32,000 nt of DNA from an uncultured Anaerofustis sp. (GTDB lineage: Bacteria > Bacillota > Clostridia > Eubacteriales > Anaerofustaceae): NCBI GenBank assembly GCA_963674555.1, contig OY771429.1, positions 1,311,845 through 1,343,844 on the forward strand, read 5' to 3'. Below, in pieces: positions 1-9,477 of the stretch; the first letter of the stretch is position 1; every line of letters starts with the position of its first letter. The notes beneath the pieces are model-generated. The model searched no databases. It saw only the letters and a list, made by a program, of their open reading frames with translations, and was not told the DNA's origin. Made by a program: the position numbers and the translations under genes.

Positions 1-915
1 TATGCCATTGAAATGTCACAGGTAGAAAAGAATGAACGCAACGGACGTATGCATGAGCGTATCGAACGTTATAATGTCGATTTTTGGGCCACGGAATTTT
101 TGGGTCAGTTGGAAAGGACGGTCGCAGAACAGGTAACGGATGTTACAAGAAATATCGGCAAGAACAGTTCCAAAATAGAAAAGGCGTATAAAAACGCAAA
201 GAAACGCGTATTGTTTTTGGATTATGACGGGACATTGGTTGGCTTTCAAAATAAGCCCGATGAAGCAAAGCCGGATAAAGAATTGAAAGAATTGTTACGA
301 AAGCTTGTACAAGATCCGAAAAATACGGTTGTGATCATTTCAGGCAGGAACAGTCAGACCTTGGATGAATGGTTGGGAGATATCCCTTTAAATATGTTAG
401 CTTGTCACGGGTTATGGATGCGCGAGCCTGCAGATGAATGGGCGATGACAGTGTCGTTGGAAAATGATTGGAAAGGATCGATCCGTCATGTCCTTGAAAT
501 GTATACGGATCGCATGCCGGGATCGTTTATCGAAGAGAAAGACTATTCCTTGGTATTCCACTACAGACAATGTGAACCTGATATGGTGGAAGCAAAATTA
601 AATGAAGTCAAAGAAACCTTGACAAGCATGATCCGCTCAACCATGCTAAGTGTGCAAGAGGGAAACAAAGTGCTGGAAGTTAAAGACAGCAGAACAAACA
701 AGGGTCACGGAGCATTAGCCTTTATGCAGAATCAGGATTTTGATTTTATTCTCGGGGTCGGTGACGATACAACCGATGAAGATCTTTTTGAGGCACTTCC
801 GGATAACGCGTTTTCGATCAAAGTGGGACTGGGACTAACCAAAGCAGATTATTATCTAAAGTCATGGAAATCTATGAGAGAACTACTAAAGAAGCTTGTA
901 AAAACCGATAAATAA
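1..915 (+). CDS. Bifunctional trehalose-6-phosphate synthase/phosphatase, C-terminal phosphatase (HAD/TPP) part; 5' end outside window
   Basis: The frame is open from base 1 (YAIE precedes the listed Met). HAD motif I is LFLDYDGTLV and a later GDDTTDED motif is present. The first residues (RYNVDFWATEFL) resemble the end of a GT20 synthase domain. A strong terminator follows. Confidence 0.8.
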   Translation, partial: YAIEMSQVEKNERNGRMHERIERYNVDFWATEFLGQLERTVAEQVTDVTRNIGKNSSKIEKAYKNAKKRVLFLDYDGTLVGFQNKPDEAKPDKELKELLRKLVQDPKNTVVIISGRNSQTLDEWLGDIPLNMLACHGLWMREPADEWAMTVSLENDWKGSIRHVLEMYTDRMPGSFIEEKDYSLVFHYRQCEPDMVEAKLNEVKETLTSMIRSTMLSVQEGNKVLEVKDSRTNKGHGALAFMQNQDFDFILGVGDDTTDEDLFEALPDNAFSIKVGLGLTKADYYLKSWKSMRELLKKLVKTDK

Positions 916-933
916 ATCCGATATATTTTCTAA

Positions 934-961
934 AAGGACACAGATCGCTGTGTCCTTTTTT
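934..961 (+). terminator. Rho-independent terminator
   Basis: 10-bp stem AAGGACACAG (934-943) / CTGTGTCCTT (948-957), loop ATCG, then a T-run to 961. Confidence 0.85.
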
Positions 962-1100
962 AGTAAATATATTCAGAAATAAGCTATTTATTTTATTAAG
1001 TAAAACAGTATTTTTTCAAAATGTAAAACGATGTGATTTTATCCGGATATCAGACTTATATTAGAATTTATTTTCGGGTTGAAAGTATATAAAAAACATA

Positions 1101-1129
1101 TTGACATTAAAATAAATCAATGTTAGAAT
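1101..1129 (+). promoter_or_regulatory. Sigma-A type promoter of marR-MATE operon
   Basis: TTGACA (1101-1106), 17-nt spacer, extended -10 TGTTAGAAT (1121-1129). It lies about 30 nt upstream of the marR SD GAGGAG. Confidence 0.75.
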
Positions 1130-1159
1130 TCTAACTAGTTTGTCGAAAAGAGGAGAGCC

Positions 1160-1606
1160 ATGTTAGGGTCAGAAGAAATTATTGCGGAATTGATGGGAAG
1201 AATACCGCGATTTATAGGATTGATGCTGTCAGGAAGTGAAATAGAAGCTGCTGACGGACTCAGCCAAAGTGAGTTTCGAACGCTTATCAATTTGCATCGT
1301 TGCGAAGGTAGGCCTATGGCGGATTACAGTAAGCAGTTGGGTATCTCGAAAGGTTCTTTTACCTATGTTGCGGATAACCTTGAAAAAAAAGGTCTGATCG
1401 AAAGAGTACCCATGCTTAACGATAAACGTAAGCAAGCATTATTCCTTACCGGAAAAGGTAAGGTGCTTGCAAGGAAAATCGATGCGGAATTTACACAAAA
1501 TATTAAGCAGAATATCGCATGTTTGAAAAGGTCGGATATAAACAAATTAGAATCCGCTCTACGCACGATCGACCATACGATAGATCTTCTGAAAGAAAGG
1601 ACATAA
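1160..1606 (+). CDS. MarR family transcriptional regulator
   Basis: 148 aa. The winged-HTH region (LSQSEFRTLINLH...ADYSKQLGISKGSFTYVADNLEKKGLIERVP..DKR) is typical of MarR. The SD AGAGGAGAG sits upstream of the ATG. Confidence 0.85.
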   Translation: MLGSEEIIAELMGRIPRFIGLMLSGSEIEAADGLSQSEFRTLINLHRCEGRPMADYSKQLGISKGSFTYVADNLEKKGLIERVPMLNDKRKQALFLTGKGKVLARKIDAEFTQNIKQNIACLKRSDINKLESALRTIDHTIDLLKERT

Positions 1607-1616
1607 TAAACGACAT

Positions 1617-2984
1617 ATGAGAATGAAAAACACGAAAGAAAACAGAACACAGATTTTAGAATCAATGCCTGTTAATAAAGCTATCTGGACTTTGGCTGTA
1701 CCGACGATATTGGCAATGCTCGTACAGGTCATCTACAATATGACTGATACGTTTTATATCGGACAGTTAAACGAACCGAATATGGTAGCAGCGATCTCGA
1801 TCTCCATGCCTATCGTAATGCTTGTACAGGCATTCGGTAATATGTTTGGTATCGGGGGATCATCCTTGATATCCAGGTTGTTGGGACAACAGGAAAGAGA
1901 AAACGCAAATCATGCGGCAGCGATCGCTTTTTGGTCTGCGCTGGTTGTTATCATAGCCGGTGCGATCATCGGATTGATATTCTCTGAATCTATCCTTAAG
2001 CTGATCGGTGCAAGCGGAACGATGCTTGAATACGGGAAAACGTATCTTCGTTTCATGCTTATGGGCGGACCGTTGATCGGCATGCAGATGCTTATGGGCG
2101 GACTTTTGCGCTCGGAAGGTGCCACGAAAAACGCAATGTTCGGTATGATGACAGGATCCATATTAAACATGATCCTTGATCCTATCTTCATTCTTGTCCT
2201 AGATATGGGTATTACCGGTGCGGCACTGGCAACGATCATCGGTAATTTTGTAGGGTTCTCCTATAATATTTCCTTCTATTTAAGGAAAAAAGGATTGATC
2301 TCAGTTTCTATTAAGAATTATGTTTTTGATAAAAAATACTATGCGGCTATTTTCAAGATCGGCATTCCCGCATCTTTCGGAATGATCTTAATGAGCCTTG
2401 GAATGTCTACAGCGAATAGCTTTGCAGCGAGTTTCGGAGATGCTGCGGTAGCGGCATTCGGAGTCGTAATGCGTATAACGAATATTGCTATAATGGTGGT
2501 TATGGGACTTGCGCATGGTTGTCAACCTTTGATAGGCTACAGTTACGGTGCAAAGAAATATGACCGACTGTTTGCCACGATCAAGCGTGCAATGATGATC
2601 GGTTCGATCTTGGGTGTGACATTCGCGATATTGTTCAATGTGTTTGCGGATTCCTGGATCAGAGTATTCATAATAGACCAAGCGGTCATTGACCGAGGAG
2701 TGATCGTTATGCGCGCATTCACATTCGGCATGCCGTTCATGGGCGTGCAAATGATCTTGATGGTCATGTTCCAAGCACTCGGTAAGACAGTCCAGTCTTT
2801 AATTATCTCTTTGGGCAGACAAGGACTCTTTTACATACCGGCCATAATTATACTCAGTACTGTTTGGGGATTCAACGGACTTGCGTTTGCAATGCCTTTG
2901 GCGGATCTTTGCACAACGGTCTTGGCCTTTGCGTTGTTCTTACAAATGAGAAGAAAGATGACTGTTTTCACACAACGAATATAA
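1617..2984 (+). CDS. MATE family multidrug efflux transporter
   Basis: 455 aa polytopic protein. The N-terminus (NKAIWTLAVPTILAMLVQVIYNMTDTFYIGQL) and overall layout match the MATE/NorM-DinF type. It starts 10 nt after the marR stop. Confidence 0.85.
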   Translation: MRMKNTKENRTQILESMPVNKAIWTLAVPTILAMLVQVIYNMTDTFYIGQLNEPNMVAAISISMPIVMLVQAFGNMFGIGGSSLISRLLGQQERENANHAAAIAFWSALVVIIAGAIIGLIFSESILKLIGASGTMLEYGKTYLRFMLMGGPLIGMQMLMGGLLRSEGATKNAMFGMMTGSILNMILDPIFILVLDMGITGAALATIIGNFVGFSYNISFYLRKKGLISVSIKNYVFDKKYYAAIFKIGIPASFGMILMSLGMSTANSFAASFGDAAVAAFGVVMRITNIAIMVVMGLAHGCQPLIGYSYGAKKYDRLFATIKRAMMIGSILGVTFAILFNVFADSWIRVFIIDQAVIDRGVIVMRAFTFGMPFMGVQMILMVMFQALGKTVQSLIISLGRQGLFYIPAIIILSTVWGFNGLAFAMPLADLCTTVLAFALFLQMRRKMTVFTQRI

Positions 2985-3004
2985 AAATGGTTTTAACCTA
3001 AATC

Positions 3005-3041
3005 AAAAGACGTACAGTTTTAATACTGTACGTCTTTTTTT
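3005..3041. terminator. Bidirectional rho-independent terminator (MATE / acuC convergent)
   Basis: 13-bp stem AAAAGACGTACAG (3005-3017) / CTGTACGTCTTTT (3026-3038). An A-run on the left and a T-run on the right allow use on both strands. Confidence 0.85.
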
Positions 3042-3056
3042 ATTTAATCAAATCAT

Positions 3057-4262
3057 TTATTCTGTGTCTTGCAAAAATCTGTTTCCGATCGGTTTGTTCC
3101 GCAAGATATACAATGCGTTTTTAAGGGTAGATTGGTTTTTATAATCGATCTCTTCTTTTCTGGGCACAGGTGGGTACATATCTATAGGATCATCCCAATA
3201 AAGCGGCAAGGCAAGCTTGCTGTGCGGTTGCCACTTATCGATCCATTCTTTCGGTATATCCGTCAAATCTTTATTATGCTCATTCATTTCCATCCAGACG
3301 AGCGCCCAAGCTCGGGGTACGACTCTGAAAATATCGTAACCGCCGCCACCCAGTGCGATCCATTTGCCTTCGCAATATTCATGCGCGAAACGATGAGCGA
3401 GCGTAGGGATCTTTTTATAGGTATCCATCGTCAGATATAAATGAGAAAGCGGATCATAATAATGTCCGTCGGCGCCGTTTTGCGTCACGATGATATCGGG
3501 CTTGAATGATTCCGCTACACGCTCAAGCGCTTGTTCGTAGCAAGCATACCATGAGTCATCTTCGGTAAAGGCATCAACCGGTATATTAAATGTATAACCC
3601 ATTCCTTTACCTTCACCTCGTTCGGTGATATTCCCTGTGCCGGGGAACAGATATCTTCCCGTTTCGTGTATCGATAAAGTGCATACTTGCGGATCGTCGT
3701 AAAAAGCCCATTGCACACCGTCTCCGTGGTGCGCGTCGGTATCGACATACAGAACTTTTGCTCCGTAATTCTGCGTGATATGTTTGATCGCTACAGCGAT
3801 GTCATTATAAATGCAGAAGCCCGATGCTTTTCCGTAGAATGCGTGGTGCAGTCCTCCGCTCAAGTTCAAAGCATGTGAAGCATGGCCTTGCATTACTTTG
3901 TTTGCAGCCTGTAAAGTCGCGCCGACCGCAAGAGAACTTGCTTGGTGCATGGATTCAAAGACAGGCATATCATCATCGGCAAGTCCGTGGTCAAGCAAAC
4001 TGTCTTCATCAATATTTCCGTCATTTACGGATTCGATAAATTCGATATATTCCTTGCTGTGTGCTAAAAGTAAGTCTTTCTCGGTTGCGGGTTTAGGCTT
4101 ACGTAGCTGTGTATCATCGATCGCTTCGGAAGCTTTCAATAAGTCATAAGTTAATTTTATTCGGATCGGATTGAACGGATGATCTTCGGCGAACTTGTAC
4201 TTCATCATCTCTTCGGAGTAGATAAAAATAGCCTTTTGTGTCATCATTTCATTTTCGGCCAT
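3057..4262 (-). CDS. acuC: Acetoin utilization protein AcuC (class I HDAC-family protein deacetylase)
   Basis: Histone-deacetylase fold motifs are present (GGLHHA, DTDAHHGDGVQ, GGGGY). The N-terminus aligns with B. subtilis AcuC from ...AIFIYS. The true start may be the ATG at 4247, which makes an ATGA overlap with the acuB stop, rather than 4262. Confidence 0.9.
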   Translation of the reverse strand: MAENEMMTQKAIFIYSEEMMKYKFAEDHPFNPIRIKLTYDLLKASEAIDDTQLRKPKPATEKDLLLAHSKEYIEFIESVNDGNIDEDSLLDHGLADDDMPVFESMHQASSLAVGATLQAANKVMQGHASHALNLSGGLHHAFYGKASGFCIYNDIAVAIKHITQNYGAKVLYVDTDAHHGDGVQWAFYDDPQVCTLSIHETGRYLFPGTGNITERGEGKGMGYTFNIPVDAFTEDDSWYACYEQALERVAESFKPDIIVTQNGADGHYYDPLSHLYLTMDTYKKIPTLAHRFAHEYCEGKWIALGGGGYDIFRVVPRAWALVWMEMNEHNKDLTDIPKEWIDKWQPHSKLALPLYWDDPIDMYPPVPRKEEIDYKNQSTLKNALYILRNKPIGNRFLQDTE

Positions 4263-4882
4263 AATACGTTATATCCTTTTTCGGAGAGTTCATTGAGAAG
4301 TTCGTCCGTATGCATGATCGGAGAGCGCAGAACCAACCGTTTTTTATTTGGGTCGCTTGAAGGACACAATAAGGCGTTTGATACAGGAGCTTTTTTATTT
4401 TGGAAGATCTTTAAGATCGGTGTGATGTCAGTATGGTGTTGTTCCAGTTCGATCTCAAAACGTGAACCCGGTTCTGTCGTGCCTGCCATTTGAAGGAAGA
4501 TCTTCAACAAGTCGGATTCTGTAATGATCCCAACGAGCTTTCCGTCAGATAGGATCGGCAGGGAACTGATCTTGAATTCGTGAAATAAAGAAGCCGCATC
4601 TTCGATAAAGTCATCGGGTGTCCCTGTGATGACTTCGGTCGTCATGATATCCGATATGGGCGTCTCATAATCCAATTTATCGTCTTCATCCAATTCATTA
4701 AAAACGGAAGGTGTTGCGTCTCTTAAATCGCGGTCTGAAATGATCCCCAATAGATGTGCGTTATCATCCGTTACGGGCAAATGGCGAATGTGATTATCTC
4801 GCATGATCTCGATCGCTTGCGCTACAGTGAAACTCGGTCGTATCGTGATCAGTTGTTCTCCCATGATCTCGCTAATAAACAT
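4244..4882 (-). CDS. acuB: Acetoin utilization protein AcuB (CBS-pair + ACT-like domain)
   Basis: Two CBS motifs (HIRHLPV.D, ISSLPIL.DGKLVGIITESDLL). It sits between acuA and acuC. The SD AAGGAG is 7 nt upstream of the ATG. Confidence 0.85.
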   Translation of the reverse strand: MFISEIMGEQLITIRPSFTVAQAIEIMRDNHIRHLPVTDDNAHLLGIISDRDLRDATPSVFNELDEDDKLDYETPISDIMTTEVITGTPDDFIEDAASLFHEFKISSLPILSDGKLVGIITESDLLKIFLQMAGTTEPGSRFEIELEQHHTDITPILKIFQNKKAPVSNALLCPSSDPNKKRLVLRSPIMHTDELLNELSEKGYNVLWPKMK

Positions 4883-4893
4883 GATCTTACTCC

Positions 4894-5526
4894 TTAGTAC
4901 ATGAATCTGTATTTGAATCTTAATTTATCGAAGGCTTCGACGGTTTCGGTATTGACGTTCTTCCCAATACGTACCATCAGACAGTTCGCGGGGTGAGAGG
5001 CGATATCTTCTTCATCCGTCGCAAACCACACAAGTCCGCCCGTGCCCATTACTTTTTCCATTACTTCTCTGTATTGCCAAACATTTAAACCGCTTCCTTT
5101 TAGATCCCAATGCCAATAATACTCGGTCGTGATAATGATATAATCGTCAAGTGCTCCGTCCATCGTCGAAACCTCGAGGATCTTCTTACTTAGTGAATGT
5201 TGTCGGTAATTCGCCGCGATCTCGATCGCGCCCAATTCCAATAAATTTTCGATATTCCCTTCAGACCATCTTTCGAGCGGGTCAGGGTATAAAAAAGTCG
5301 CGTACCCAACGATACGTTCACCGTCTCTTGCGATGATGATCCGTCCTTCAGGCAATTGCGCGATCTCTAAAATTGCTTTGAATTGTTCTTCGGGTTTTCG
5401 AAACGCGTTCAGTTGCTCGTCAAAAGCATAGCCCGATAAGCGTTCATAAGGAACGGGGCCTTCAACAATGATCGTTCCCATGTCCGTTTCGACGTTTGTT
5501 CGGTGGCATGTTTTGATATGTTCCAT
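4894..5526 (-). CDS. acuA: Acetoin utilization protein AcuA (GNAT acetyltransferase acting on AcsA)
   Basis: Near-colinear with my recollection of B. subtilis AcuA: MEH.KT.H, LPEGRIIIARDG..IVGY.T.LYPDPLERWSEGN, TTEYYWHWDLKG, GGLVWFATDE...SHPANCLM.RIGKNV. Confidence 0.9.
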   Translation of the reverse strand: MEHIKTCHRTNVETDMGTIIVEGPVPYERLSGYAFDEQLNAFRKPEEQFKAILEIAQLPEGRIIIARDGERIVGYATFLYPDPLERWSEGNIENLLELGAIEIAANYRQHSLSKKILEVSTMDGALDDYIIITTEYYWHWDLKGSGLNVWQYREVMEKVMGTGGLVWFATDEEDIASHPANCLMVRIGKNVNTETVEAFDKLRFKYRFMY

Positions 5527-5592
5527 TCGTTCCGTACCGTCTCAGCGTATTTTTAGTCAAATTAATTTACGCTTAAAAATAGGATTTTTATA

Positions 5593-5621
5593 TTGTTATC
5601 TTCTGTATTCTATGATAGTAT
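5593..5621 (+). promoter_or_regulatory. Putative sigma-A promoter of acsA
   Basis: TTGTTA (5593-5598), 17-nt spacer, TAGTAT (5616-5621) with an upstream TG at 5613-5614. It is about 30 nt before the acsA ATG. Confidence 0.55.
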
Positions 5622-5651
5622 ATTTATCATTAAAATCAAAGGGGTTGCATT

Positions 5652-7373
5652 ATGAATTCATCAATAATTAAAGCAGTCAATGGAAACTATAATCTAAAAG
5701 ATTACGATAAAACACGAAAAGACTTTCATTGGGCAGATGTCGAAGAGAATTTCTCTTGGGATAAGACCGGTAAAGTCAACATGGCTTATGAAGCTATCGA
5801 CAGACATGCGGGATCAGAATTAAAAGACAAAACAGCTTTATTGTTCGATAACGGAACAAGGGAAGAAGCATATACTTTTGGACAGATGAAAACGCTTACA
5901 AATAAAGCGGGTAATTTGTTGAAAGAACACGCTAAAGTCAAGAAAGGTGACAGAGTCTTTTTGTTCATGCCGAGGAGTCCCGAACTTTATTTTATGTTGC
6001 TTGGGACATTGAAGATCGGTGCGATCGCCGGTCCTTTATTCGAAGCATTTATGGAAGGCGCGGTAAGGGATCGTTTGGAAGACAGTGAAGCGAAAGTATT
6101 GATCACAACGACAGAGTTGCTCGGAAGAGTTCCGGTCGATGAGCTTCCCGCACTCAAATCCATTATCATCGTCGATGTTGACGGGGTGGAAGAAGACGGG
6201 ACATTTATCGATTACTACAAGCATATCGATGAAATGAGCAGTGAACTGGACATCGAATGGATGGACAGAAACGATGGTATGATCTTACATTATACATCCG
6301 GTTCAACTGGAAAACCGAAGGGTGTATTGCACGTCCACAACGCGATGATACAACATTATCAAACAGCGAAATGGGTATTAGATCTGCAAGAAAATGATAT
6401 TTATTGGTGTACGGCGGATCCGGGTTGGGTCACAGGTACATCTTACGGGATCTTCGCACCGTGGCTTACGGGCACAACGAACTTGATCTTAGGCGGACGG
6501 TTTAAGCCCGATCTATGGTATCAAACGATCGAAAAATATAAAGTTACCGTTTGGTACAGCGCGCCTACGGCATTCCGTATGCTGATGAGCGCGGGGGATG
6601 CGGTCGTTAAACAATATGATCTGTCCACATTGCGCCACATCGCAAGCGTGGGAGAACCGCTTAATCCGGAGATCGTCAAATGGGGCGTTAAAGTGTTTGG
6701 TGTACGCATCCACGATACTTGGTGGATGACCGAAACGGGCGCGCAAATGATCTGTAATTATCCTTGTATGGATATCAAACCGGGTTCTATGGGTAAACCG
6801 ATCCCCGGCGTTACGGCAGCGATCGTTGACGACAGAGGCAATGAACTGCCGCCGAATCAAATGGGGAACCTTGCGCTCTTAAAGGGTTGGCCATCGATGA
6901 TGTATCAGATATGGAATAACCCGACCAAATACGATTCGTATTTTATGCCGGGCGGTTGGTATGTATCGGGAGACTCCGCGTATATGGATGAAGACGGATA
7001 CTTCTGGTTCCAAGGCAGGATCGACGATGTCATTATGACTTCGGGTGAACGCGTCGGACCTTTTGAAGTTGAAAGCACATTGCTTGAACATCCCGCTGTG
7101 GATGAAGCCGGCGTTATCGGAAAACCCGATCCGCTTCGAGGCGAGATCATTAAAGCGTTCGTTGTGATATCAGATGCCTATGAACAGAGCGATGAATTAG
7201 CGGATGATATCAAATTATACGTTAAAACAAACTTAGCCGCGCATGCCGCGCCGAGAGAGATCGAATTTATCGATAAGCTTCCGAAGACCAGAAGCGGTAA
7301 GATCATGCGTCGCGTGCTCAAAGCCTGGGAACTCAAATTGCCGACAGGCGATCTATCCACGATGGAAGACTAA
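5652..7373 (+). CDS. acsA: Acetyl-CoA synthetase (AMP-forming), Bacillus AcsA type
   Basis: AMP-binding motif YTSGSTGKPKG. The N-terminus resembles B. subtilis AcsA (NLK.Y..T...F.WA..E..FSW..TGK.N.AYEAIDRHA). The C-terminal PKTRSGKIMRR contains the conserved regulatory lysine (K550, codon 7299-7301). It is divergent from acuABC. Confidence 0.9.
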   Translation: MNSSIIKAVNGNYNLKDYDKTRKDFHWADVEENFSWDKTGKVNMAYEAIDRHAGSELKDKTALLFDNGTREEAYTFGQMKTLTNKAGNLLKEHAKVKKGDRVFLFMPRSPELYFMLLGTLKIGAIAGPLFEAFMEGAVRDRLEDSEAKVLITTTELLGRVPVDELPALKSIIIVDVDGVEEDGTFIDYYKHIDEMSSELDIEWMDRNDGMILHYTSGSTGKPKGVLHVHNAMIQHYQTAKWVLDLQENDIYWCTADPGWVTGTSYGIFAPWLTGTTNLILGGRFKPDLWYQTIEKYKVTVWYSAPTAFRMLMSAGDAVVKQYDLSTLRHIASVGEPLNPEIVKWGVKVFGVRIHDTWWMTETGAQMICNYPCMDIKPGSMGKPIPGVTAAIVDDRGNELPPNQMGNLALLKGWPSMMYQIWNNPTKYDSYFMPGGWYVSGDSAYMDEDGYFWFQGRIDDVIMTSGERVGPFEVESTLLEHPAVDEAGVIGKPDPLRGEIIKAFVVISDAYEQSDELADDIKLYVKTNLAAHAAPREIEFIDKLPKTRSGKIMRRVLKAWELKLPTGDLSTMED

Positions 7374-7386
7374 AATAAATCAATAT

Positions 7387-7422
7387 AAAAGACTTACGCT
7401 ATATAAGCGTAAGTCTTTTTTT
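7387..7422. terminator. Bidirectional rho-independent terminator (acsA / ABC exporter convergent)
   Basis: 14-bp stem AAAAGACTTACGCT (7387-7400) / AGCGTAAGTCTTTT (7406-7419), loop ATATA, flanked by A- and T-runs. Confidence 0.85.
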
Positions 7423-7444
7423 ATTTTCTCCGATCGAATGGGAA

Positions 7445-9295
7445 TTATTCCTGATCTTGATCACTCTCTTCTTCGTCCTGATCTGTTTTAAATTGTTTAT
7501 CGTATAGCTCTTTATAAACACCGCTTTGTTTGAGCAGTTCATTATGCGTGCCTTGCTCTACGATGCGTCCCGCCTCTACGACATAAATGCGATCCGCCGA
7601 CATGACGGTCGATAAACGGTGGGCGATGACCAAACTTGTGCGGTCTTTTAAGAGCGGCTTGATCGCTGCTTGTATCAGAGATTCCGAGACGGAATCCAAA
7701 GAAGACGTCGCTTCGTCCAATATAACGATACGCGGATCTTTTAACAACGCCCGCGCGATCGAGAGCCTTTGTTTCTCTCCGCCGGAGAGTTTGATGCCAC
7801 GTTCTCCGACTAGTGTGTCGTATCCGTTCGGAAGCGATTCGATGAAATCATGGATATTGGATGTTCTGCACGCTGAGATGATCTCTTCCTCGGTCGCGTC
7901 GAATCTCGCGAAAAGCAGATTTTCCCGTATGGTCGTATTAAACATATAAGTGTCTTGCATAACGATACCGATCTGGCTACGAAGTGATTCAACAGTCACA
8001 TCTCTGATGTCGATCCCATCGATCGCGATCGATCCCGACGTAATATCATAAAGTCGGGGAAGCATATAGGTGATCGTGGTTTTCCCTGCGCCGCTTGGTC
8101 CCACAAGGGCGATCATCTTTCCGGATTCGATCGATATATTGATATCTTTCAACGTTTGCGTTTTATCGGTATAGGAGAAATCGACATGATCAAATTCGAT
8201 CGCTCCTTTGACATCTTTCAGTTCTTGGGCGTTCGGACGATCAACGATATCCTGCTTCATATCAAGATACTCGAAGATACGTTCAAAAAGCGCGGTGGAG
8301 CGCGTCAGATCTACCGAAATATTAGCGAAAACCGTTACGGGTCTGTACAGTCTGCTAAGCAGCGCGACGAACATCACGATACCGCCGACTGTGATCTCAT
8401 TATAGCGGATCATCAAAATACCGCCGGCTAAATAAATGACCATAGGCCCGATCGCAACGAATGTGGACATGACCATAAAGAACCAACGCCCCGCAAGCGA
8501 TTCCTTGATCTGCAATGAAGTGACTTCTTTGTTGATCGAGACGAATTTATCTTGCTGGTCTTTTTCTTTTGTAAAGAGTTTGACCAAGAATGTACCGCCG
8601 ATATTTAAAGTCTCGTGCATAAGCGTATTGAGTTCAGCGAGTTTTTCTTGCGTGGTTTGTGCGATCTTCCAGCGCACCTTACCGACCTTGCGCGTCGGTA
8701 TGATAAATAACGGCAAGATCAACAGGCTGAATATCGCGAGCTTCCAATTGGTATAAAACAAGAGTCCCGCGGTAGACAGGAAAATAAAAAGATTTTCGAG
8801 GATCTGAACAAAGGTGCCTGAAAAAATACTTTCGATCCCGGTAATATCGTTATTCATGCGTGAAGTGATCTCACCTGTTTGTACATTTGAAAAAAACTTG
8901 ATGGACATATATTGCAAATGTTTAAACATCGCGTTTCGCAGATCGTAAATGATGTGCTTGGATATCCAACTGTTGACATAGTTTTGGCCGACTAATATCA
9001 ACCCGCTCACAAGTGTAGTACCGAAAGAACCCGCGATGAGCCAAATTAAAAGATCGATCCTTTTATCAGGAAGCGCGACATCGATGATCTGTTTTGTGAA
9101 TATGGGGGGGACCAATCCCAAGAGTGCGGTAATGATTATGCATAACAGCAACACCAATAAAAGCTTCCAATAAGGAGAAAAATACCGCGCAATGCGCTTA
9201 AACATTGCTTTCGTCATTTTCGGTTTGTTTTCCGAATCGTCATAATGAAAACGTCCGCCACGTCCGCCGTGGCCTCCGCCTCTAAATCCTGTCAT
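7445..9295 (-). CDS. ABC exporter, fused permease + ATPase (MsbA/multidrug type)
   Basis: An N-terminal 6-TM domain is followed by an NBD with Walker A GPSGAGKTT, signature LSGGEKQR and Walker B ILDEATSSLD. It has a Gly/Arg-rich N-terminal tail and an acidic C-terminal tail. Confidence 0.85.
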   Translation of the reverse strand: MTGFRGGGHGGRGGRFHYDDSENKPKMTKAMFKRIARYFSPYWKLLLVLLLCIIITALLGLVPPIFTKQIIDVALPDKRIDLLIWLIAGSFGTTLVSGLILVGQNYVNSWISKHIIYDLRNAMFKHLQYMSIKFFSNVQTGEITSRMNNDITGIESIFSGTFVQILENLFIFLSTAGLLFYTNWKLAIFSLLILPLFIIPTRKVGKVRWKIAQTTQEKLAELNTLMHETLNIGGTFLVKLFTKEKDQQDKFVSINKEVTSLQIKESLAGRWFFMVMSTFVAIGPMVIYLAGGILMIRYNEITVGGIVMFVALLSRLYRPVTVFANISVDLTRSTALFERIFEYLDMKQDIVDRPNAQELKDVKGAIEFDHVDFSYTDKTQTLKDINISIESGKMIALVGPSGAGKTTITYMLPRLYDITSGSIAIDGIDIRDVTVESLRSQIGIVMQDTYMFNTTIRENLLFARFDATEEEIISACRTSNIHDFIESLPNGYDTLVGERGIKLSGGEKQRLSIARALLKDPRIVILDEATSSLDSVSESLIQAAIKPLLKDRTSLVIAHRLSTVMSADRIYVVEAGRIVEQGTHNELLKQSGVYKELYDKQFKTDQDEEESDQDQE

Positions 9296-9426
9296 GTGTA
9301 TTCTTCTTTCTTTTTAAATAATATTACTTTATTATTATACATCAACTTTTTTTAAGCACAATATAATATCGCTGGACACAAGTATAATTCCGAAAAGCAT
9401 AATGCGTCATAGTTTTGCCATATTCT

Positions 9427-9455
9427 TTGTATATATTGAATGTTAAGCATATAAT
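9427..9455 (+). promoter_or_regulatory. Putative sigma-A promoter of the lipoprotein gene
   Basis: TTGTAT (9427-9432), 17-nt spacer, TATAAT (9450-9455). The SD GGGGAGG lies 5 nt before the ATG at 9478. Confidence 0.6.
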
Positions 9456-9477
9456 ATAATAACCAGGGGAGGTTCGG

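Noticed and set aside
1910-2239. Antisense or alternative-frame ORFs inside larger genes. Examples: 16-249, 1229-1665, 1910-2239, 2388-2774, 3069-4493 (plus strand), 6513-6860, 8156-8756, 9658-10077, 13244-13630, 14961-15269, 22004-22777, 23012-23386, 23864-24310, 26120-26404, 28502-28850, 29132-29377, 30790-31159.
   Set aside because: Each lies wholly within a longer ORF that has clear family motifs and a good SD. Their translations are low-complexity or Arg/Ser/Cys-rich shadow-frame products with no recognisable motifs.
5527-5651. Looked for a CcpA cre site (TGNAANCGNTNNCA-like) in the acsA-acuA intergenic region, as in B. subtilis.
   Set aside because: I found no convincing match on either strand by eye.
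9215-9295. Gly/Arg-rich N-terminal tail (MTGFRGGGHGGRGGRF) and acidic C-terminal tail of the ABC exporter as an unusual feature or mis-called start.
   Set aside because: As I recall, similar Gly-rich N-terminal tails are common in this exporter family. The alternative Met (MTKAMFKRI) has no better SD. I do not consider it noteworthy.
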